DNA of 64,000 nt from assembly GCF_009914755.1 (NCBI RefSeq), contig NC_060932.1, one strand, 5' to 3'. Positions 56,601 through 64,000 of the stretch are shown here, piece by piece (the stretch's first letter is position 1; each line of letters starts with the position of its first letter). The translations under genes were made by a program, and so were the position numbers. Source of the DNA: the human T2T-CHM13v2.0 reference genome, Homo sapiens. The notes beneath the pieces were generated by a model. It was not told the origin of the DNA, searched no databases, and saw only the letters and a list, made by a program, of their open reading frames with translations.

Positions 56601-59600
56601 TAAAGTTGTCAGTTGTTGGATCTGTTACGTATATTCAACTTTGCCCTACTCTCTTATTTCCCATAGCTCAAACCGGCATATTGGTACTAGGTGTCCTTAT
56701 GCCTTAACTGCCAGTTGATGGAATCAAAGATAGGGTCCAGATCCAGGCTGAATCAAATAGTTTCTCTTACTATAGAAATTTGAACCAAGATACACAGAGA
56801 CCAATTGAGCTGATATTGATCTTTGGAGCTATAAATGATGAAAAGGTGAGGCCAAAATCACTGGAAAAGCCATGGCATGTTGCAAATGAAAATTATGTGG
56901 AAGCATAAAATATAAGCCATACAGAGAAAGCAATTCCCCAGGGAGGAAAATGAAACCGATATGGACTGAGAAACAGAGGCATGTTAAGAGTCTGTGTCTT
57001 TGTATGATTAAAATATCTTTATTAGATCCTCTGCTTGAATAGGTACAATACTCTAGGTTCAAAATTCCATTTTCATTGCAAGTTGTGAATTTTACATTAT
57101 TTTACAGAATCTCATGGTGCAGATGAAAAGCTGCATCCTAGGTTGGTTTTTATCTCTTTGTATGCAACCTGATTTTTCTTAGTGGAAGCTTAAAACTTTT
57201 CTTGTTGTTTTTATTTGTTTGCTGTTGTTGCTGAGGGCAAATATCTCAACAAGCAACTCTGATTCAGGTAAGCAAAATGACGCATTTATTTAGTTCTGTT
57301 TAACAAAACTATGATCTAATAATTTTCAGGGTGAATAGAAATATAATGAGCTTATAAATAAATAAAAAATTGACTATATGTCAAAAAATTGATCTTCTTC
57401 ATGAAAGGATATTAATAGTAAAATAACTAAATCGAAGTTTTCACTTGCTGATTTTTTTCTGTGTATCAGAGAGGATAATAATATTATTTATAATGAGTGA
57501 AGAGTGAGTAATAATTGCAAAGTCCTATATTCTTTACCTTTGCAATCGATAAGGAGAACAATGGGAGGAAAAGAGGCATAACTACTTCAAACATACTTTA
57601 AGAATATCTTAAAATACTATTACAATAATATGGGTATTAGATTTGGGACCAATTCTCATGGAAGCAAAGAGAAATTTATGGGATTCATTACCACATGGTT
57701 ACTTAGGAGGAGTCTGAAGACAGAGACACCTACCAGAGTTTCTAAAGCCCATGCGAGATGAGAATATCCCATTAGAGAAATAAGTGATAATTATACATAA
57801 GGGGTGTCTAATTGAATTCCCTTCTAAGAAGGCTTCTGTCAGAAAGAAAAAGCGAGGGAACAATCCTTAGGATCAAATTCAAGTGATAAATAGGTGGAAT
57901 GAGATTTGCTAGAAACTTTTTCTTAAAGACTATATGAATTTGATTTCTTTACAGATTCGTGTTAGTGACTATTTTTTTCTTTAAAAAATGTTAATAGCCA
58001 AAATTTACTGTGACTTCCACAGCCATTTATTCTTCCTTCTGTGTAGAACCTGACCTCAGCCTCTTGCTAATATCATCTTCTTTAAATAAAGGGTTCAATC
58101 CTTCCTGTTTATAATCTGGGTAAATGGTGATGTATACTGACCACCAAAGGGCTTAGCTGCTAATTGTGAGAGCAGAAGGATTGGAGTCTAGACCATATCA
58201 AGAATGGTAGTCAAGTGAACTTGACTGGATAACTTGTGCCTTTAGAAAGCTAGAGGGCACTGCATGTTCAGTGGCATTGGGATAACCATCCTCAGGTATG
58301 AAATAACATATTTTTATAGGTTATTAAGACAGATTTCAGTGCCTACAAAAATTCACATTTTGTAAATGGGATGGTAGTTGGTCAATTTCAATCCAATATT
58401 CACCAAAGTATAAAATGAAAATTTAAAAATGTCAGCAATCAAAACCAGCTTCCACATATAATGAAACCACCTTGTTCTCAGATTGAAGTGGTAAAATAAC
58501 AACATATTAAGTGGTGAAATAAATTAAATCTTATCCTTGTTTGTGACACATTATTTATCAATGCAAATCATCTAAGATAATATTTTCATTCAAATTAACA
58601 TGGTGATCAATAGAATGACAGATGTTACAACAGAATTTCACCATATATACTCAGTAATTTATAGATTGAAAAATCATTTGCTGAACTTCTGAGTGTTAAC
58701 TTTTATGCAACCAGTTTACCTTTCATTTTGACTATGGGCTGGTTTTGCTTAGGCAGACAGCATACAATCAAGATGTTTTATTGGATTAAATATAAATAAG
58801 CAAGGGCTAAGGCCTTCTTTTCATAGTAGGTAAAAAAATAGTTTATTCAGTGAGTCTACCTGTGAAAAGTATAAGTCCATCATTTATATTTATGATCCAG
58901 CAGGAACACAAAATCTAAAGGCCTTCATCAATAAACTGACAAATGGTAAAGAAATGAACACAGCAACTTTGACAACAATGGTGACACTGCATTTTTAGTG
59001 TTCAAAGAGAATCCTAGTGTCATGATTTGAAAAGTGAGAAGGAAGCAAAACCAAAGAAGAAGCCAAAAATTTAGCTGCTTTGTCTATGGGAACTGAGTTG
59101 ATTTTGTCTTTAATTTTACTTTCTTTTACTTGACCTATCTCTCAGTTAGAGATAAAACAATTCATTTGCCATCCTTCTAGAATTATTGATTACTAAATTT
59201 AATTTTAATTTGTGGACTAGCTTTATTTTAAATCTCTATTTCAAGATAAAGGCTCTGAGTCTATATATGAATAGCATTTCTAGCATAAAAATTGAGCAGC
59301 AAAAGCTTGATCCAGCTCTCTACTCCTATCTAGCCCTGATTCCATGTTTCTAAAGCTTTTCCGGTCTTTGCAATCAGGTCATGTCTTTGATACTCATATC
59401 AAGTATAACACAATAAGCTTATAACAAAACAAGTGTTACTTATATGAAAGGTATAACACCTCTGTCAAGTCCCTTATCTTTTCAATAAACTATAGAATTT
59501 ATTGCCTGTGTTTTTTTTCTTTAAGAGAAAACTCGACCTTGTTACATACCATACATTGTTGACACTTAAGTTGTAACAAAAGGGTTTCTTTTCTTTTTCA

Positions 59601-59666
59601 TAATCTCTTTCTTTAAAGAATTAAATCTTGTGTAAGAAATCTTCTCACTAAGGGCATCTAATTCTT

Positions 59667-60503
59667 TATTTTTATTTTAAGTTCTGGGGTACTTGTGCAG
59701 GATGTGCATGTTTGTTACATAGGTAAATCTGTGCCATGGTGGTTTGCTGCATCTATCAACCCGTCACACAGATATTAAGCCCAGCATGCATTAGCTATTT
59801 TTCCTGATGCTCTCCCTCCTGCTGTCCCCTCAACAAGTGCCAGTGTGCGTTGCTCCCCTCCCTGTGTCCACGTGTTCTCATTGTTCTGCTCCCTCTTACA
59901 AGTGAGAGCATGCGGAGTTTGGTTTCCTGTTCCTGTGTTAGTTTGCTGAGGATGATGGCTTCCAGCTACAACCATGTCCCTGCAAAGGACATGATTCTAT
60001 TCTTTTTTTTTTTTTTTTTGGCTGCATAGCATTCCATAGTGTATACGTACCACGTTTTCTTTATCCAGTCTATCATTGATAAGCATTTGGGTTGATTCCA
60101 AGTCTTCGCTATTGTGAATGGTGCTGCAATGAGCATATGCAAGCATGCATTTTTATAACAGAATGATTTAATTCCTTTGGGTATATACCCAGTAATGAGA
60201 TTCCTGGGTCAAATGGTATTTCTGGTTCTAGATATTTGAGGAATCGCCAAACTGTGTTCCACAATGGTTGAACTAATTTACATTCCCACCTACAGTGTAA
60301 AAGCGCTCCTATTTCTCTGCAACCTTGCCAGCATCTGTTGGTTATTGACTTTTTAATAATCACTATTCTGACTGGCGTGAGATGGTATCTCATTGTAGTT
60401 TTGATTTGCATTTCCCTAATGATCACTGATGTTGAGCTTTTTTTCATATATTTGTTGGCTGCATAGATGTCCTTTTTTGAGATGTGTCTGTTCATGTCCT
60501 TTG
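59667..60503 (-). mobile_element. 5'-truncated L1PA 3' portion
   Basis: ORF2 C-terminus 60109-60495; 3' UTR; 18-bp TSD TAAGGGCA(T/C)CTAATTCTT at 59649-59666 and 60504-60521. Confidence 0.92.
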
Positions 60504-61120
60504 TAAGGGCACCTAATTCTTAATCTTTTTGTGCTATTTTTTGTTATTTTCAGCAAACATATTTTCAAAGCTGTATCCAAAGTTAAATTCATGTAGAAAG
60601 CCTTTAACTTTATACAGCCATGGTATAATTTTGTGTGTTCTCTGTACAACTGAAAAGAGAAACAAAATTATAGACTAAAGAAATATAAAATTTGTTTTAT
60701 TTCAAGAGTAAAACAACTAAAACACATTGAGCTCTTATTATGGACCGAAAACTCCTCTAAATATTTTACAGACATTGCTATTCAAATCGACACAGATGAA
60801 ACAAAAGCTTATAGAAGAGAAGTGACTTGCCCCAGGTCATCCCGCACTTAGGTGACAGTCAAGAATTGAATAGCTATCTACTCACAGACCTAGAAACCTC
60901 AAGGACTATACTACACTGTTTTCAAGTATTGCTTTAAATACTCACTTTCTAGGACAAAAGCTAGATAAATGAAAGATTTAAAAAATCAAAAATACAAATT
61001 TATTTTTATAAATAAAATGTACTTTTAAAGTGTTTAAAATTCAAAGGAATTTTAACAGCATATAAGTAAACTTGTACCATTCTGTTCTACTCAGCCATTT
61101 TATCAAAGTTCTGAAAAAAG

Positions 61121-61530
61121 TAACGAAGATTTTTGTTTGGCTAAACTTTAGTTAGGAATCTGACCCTACTCCAAGGCTCATCTGTGTACCTGCTTGTAAA
61201 ATCCAGTTTTAGTAAAGAACCTTTTAAGTCAGTTTAGCTAGAACCCCCATCCTTGATATCTGATCATCTTTGATTAGTCTGATCAGTTTCCTCATCCTCC
61301 ATTATCCCCCAGGTGATGTATGAGAACACTGGGCTATCTTCAGCAAGAACACTCTAAGGTTTGGTTTAGCCAAAATCCTCCTTACCCTTGACGTTTCCTC
61401 TTAGCAATTTTCCACTGACCCCCACACTGCTCCTTGGCTGTAAATTCTCACTTGACCACATGGTATTCAGAGTTGAAACCAATTTCTCTCCCCTACTGCA
61501 AGACTTCATTGCAGTGGTCTGTATATATTT
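61121..61530 (+). mobile_element. ERV1 LTR (MER31-like), 3' end interrupted
   Basis: CTAAACTTTAG...CCAGTTTTAG...AAGTCAGTTTAGCTAGAACCCCCATCCTTGATATCTGATCA...CACACTGCTCCTTGGCTGTAAATTC. Confidence 0.72.
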
Positions 61531-61543
61531 AATGTGAATATAG

Positions 61544-61729
61544 TCTTGAAAACGGTACTTTAAGTGAAACAATGTACAGCAGGTTCTTGAACAACATCGT
61601 GTTGTTCAACGTCATTTTGTTCAATATCGTTTCATTATAACATTGATAAAAAAAGTTTTGTCATACACCATTTCTCTTAAATTCGCAATTTCCAAGAACC
61701 TATAGATGACGTTAAGTGAGGACTTACTG
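61544..61729. mobile_element. MER6-like TcMar-Tigger MITE
   Basis: TACAGCAGGTTCTTGAACAAC...TTTCCAAGAACCTATAGATGACGTTAAGTGAGGACTTACTG followed by TA. Confidence 0.78.
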
Positions 61730-63343
61730 TATATTATTATAGGGAATTACACTTTACTGCACTTTCAGACTGAAAACTAATTGTAACCAGACAGCTATTG
61801 TTGGTTATTTAGAATTGCTCCTTTTAAAAGCACTTCCATACAAGTTATAAATAGTAAGCCAGTAACCTTCACTATTGCAAGGGCCTAAAGAAATAAGTTG
61901 TTAAATATGCATTAAAATTTTATTATTATCAAAAGCCCTGGAATATATATGTCCAATGCTGAACTGCATAAAAAGCATTGAAAAAACATGTACTTGCTCT
62001 AAAAAAAAAAGCCACTTTAAGCACCATCTATTCCCATCCTGGTAAAAGGCATTCAGCAAATGGCAAAATGCTCTTCAATTTTTATTCAGTGAAAACTTGC
62101 TCTACAGTGTTACCTTCTGAATTCAGTATCTTTTTCTGAATGATAGCTTTCCACTGTCACCCAAGTACAAAAAGCCAGCGGTAATTGTCATAGTGTGTGA
62201 TTCATTATCCATAGTATCATCATGTATAGATTTAATTAATTCTGGAAAGGTTCCCTTCCACAGCTGCCCGTGGCTCAGAATTTTCAGGTTGCAATCTTGG
62301 TATCCAGACTATAATAGTGTCTCTTGCTGTGTTAAGAAGCTATTCAGTATGTGTAGTTGTTGGGCTTGACCTTTTCGTCGTCTAGTGCAGATTAACAGAA
62401 GGTAGAGTGGCTGAGAATCTCACTGATGAAATTTTCGTGCTTGATTCTTCGTTCTGAATATGGTGGTAATAATAGTTCTTGGCTTAAGCACAATCCATTT
62501 TAAAAGTTCTGTAATTGCTAAATTATAATAATCATAATGATGTGAGATGTCTGCAAGAGAAGAGATCAGAAAATACACTTTTCTGTCTTAAAAGGATTTT
62601 TATTTCTTCCATTTCAAAGCATGCCTGCTTGCAGCAATATACAGCCAGTATTTCAATTCTGAAATCTTTCAGAGGCTATCACTGCAATGACTTACTTAGA
62701 AATAAAGAAGAACTTCCCATTCCATCACCTCCTGCAATATGAGAGTGTGTGTACCAATCTTTTGGATCTACTGGCAATCAGTAGCAGGATAGTAGCAAAT
62801 TATTTGATTTGGTTAAGCAATGACTTAAAAAGTAGATGGGAAAAAAGTATATTCCATCTATTTAAAAAAACTATGAATAATTATGTACATTTATACAACT
62901 TTACACTCAACTTGGAGATCATCTTCCTTCATGCAAAAATGACACTTTTATGGATTAATCATATTAAAGTTTGTGTATGATCTAATTTACTAAATATGAC
63001 TTTTAACCCAGCACACTTGCCCACTTTTTTTTTTTACCTAGTGTAAGCAGAACTAGAGTGTAAATGTTTCGTCATCATAATCCTTTGTAGCATCTTGGAA
63101 CAATTACTCAAATATTTAATTCATATTTTAGGTTTATAGCTTTGAAAATATTTTAAATATTAAAAAATGACAGTTTTCAAGAAGTAATTCCTAAGTGGAA
63201 AGATAATTTCACCTAGCAGCAACCTAAGCTTAAAGAGGATTAAAGTCTAAATACAATAATAATGTAATAATAATGTGGGCTGAAAAAGAGTGATGTCCTG
63301 TCAGATACATGTTAGTGGCTCCCATCAATATTATGAGATGATT

Positions 63344-63737
<394 letters not shown>

Positions 63738-64000
63738 TTATGCATATATTATAATAGTCATACATGCAACAAGTCTTACTGAAAAAAATCACACATTTTG
63801 AAGCTTAAGTAGATTTTAGAGATTATTTTACTCTCCTACGTTTTCTTAATGACTAAACTGACGTTCACAGTTGTTAGGACTGTTGCCAATGGTCACAAAT
63901 CTAGATCACAACAGAACAAAGAATGTCACCCTCACCCATTCTTCAATTTCTCATTTGTTTTCTGGCCAGAAAGACCTAGTTTTAATCCCTATGTCTACCA

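Noticed and set aside
56600-57090. Possible very old ERVL LTR (LTR16/LTR33-like)
   Set aside because: Too decayed to support family or boundaries by eye.
61588-61610. Hairpin TTGAACAACA-TCG-TGTTGTTCAA
   Set aside because: Lies within the internally repetitive MER6-like element.

Overview
AT-rich, CpG-depleted primate (human-like) genomic DNA dominated by interspersed repeats: many L1 copies of different ages, four Alus, MaLR/ERVL/ERV1 solo LTRs, and Tigger/hAT/piggyBac MITEs. I recognise no native protein-coding exon, RNA gene or CRISPR array. Almost all listed ORFs are L1/Alu fragments or chance ORFs. The one gene-derived feature is a 5'-truncated HNRNPA1 processed pseudogene (minus strand, ~14602-16078) inserted into ORF2 of an L1PB-like element. 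Its frame is open from D69 to the native stop and is joined in frame to the L1 ORF2 Z-domain. Its substitutions hit three RGG arginines, the SYNDFG amyloid hexapeptide and the PY-NLS tyrosine. Other oddities: an apparently perfect 610-bp tandem duplication (7991-9210), locally templated insertions, a twin-primed L1, a truncated MER85, a strong CTCF-like motif, and several minus-strand segments with splice signals that may be exons of a non-coding transcript. Repeat subfamily names and HNRNPA1 residue comparisons come from my recall of consensus/reference sequences and need RepeatMasker/BLAST confirmation. I found no clear evidence of a wholly new biological system.
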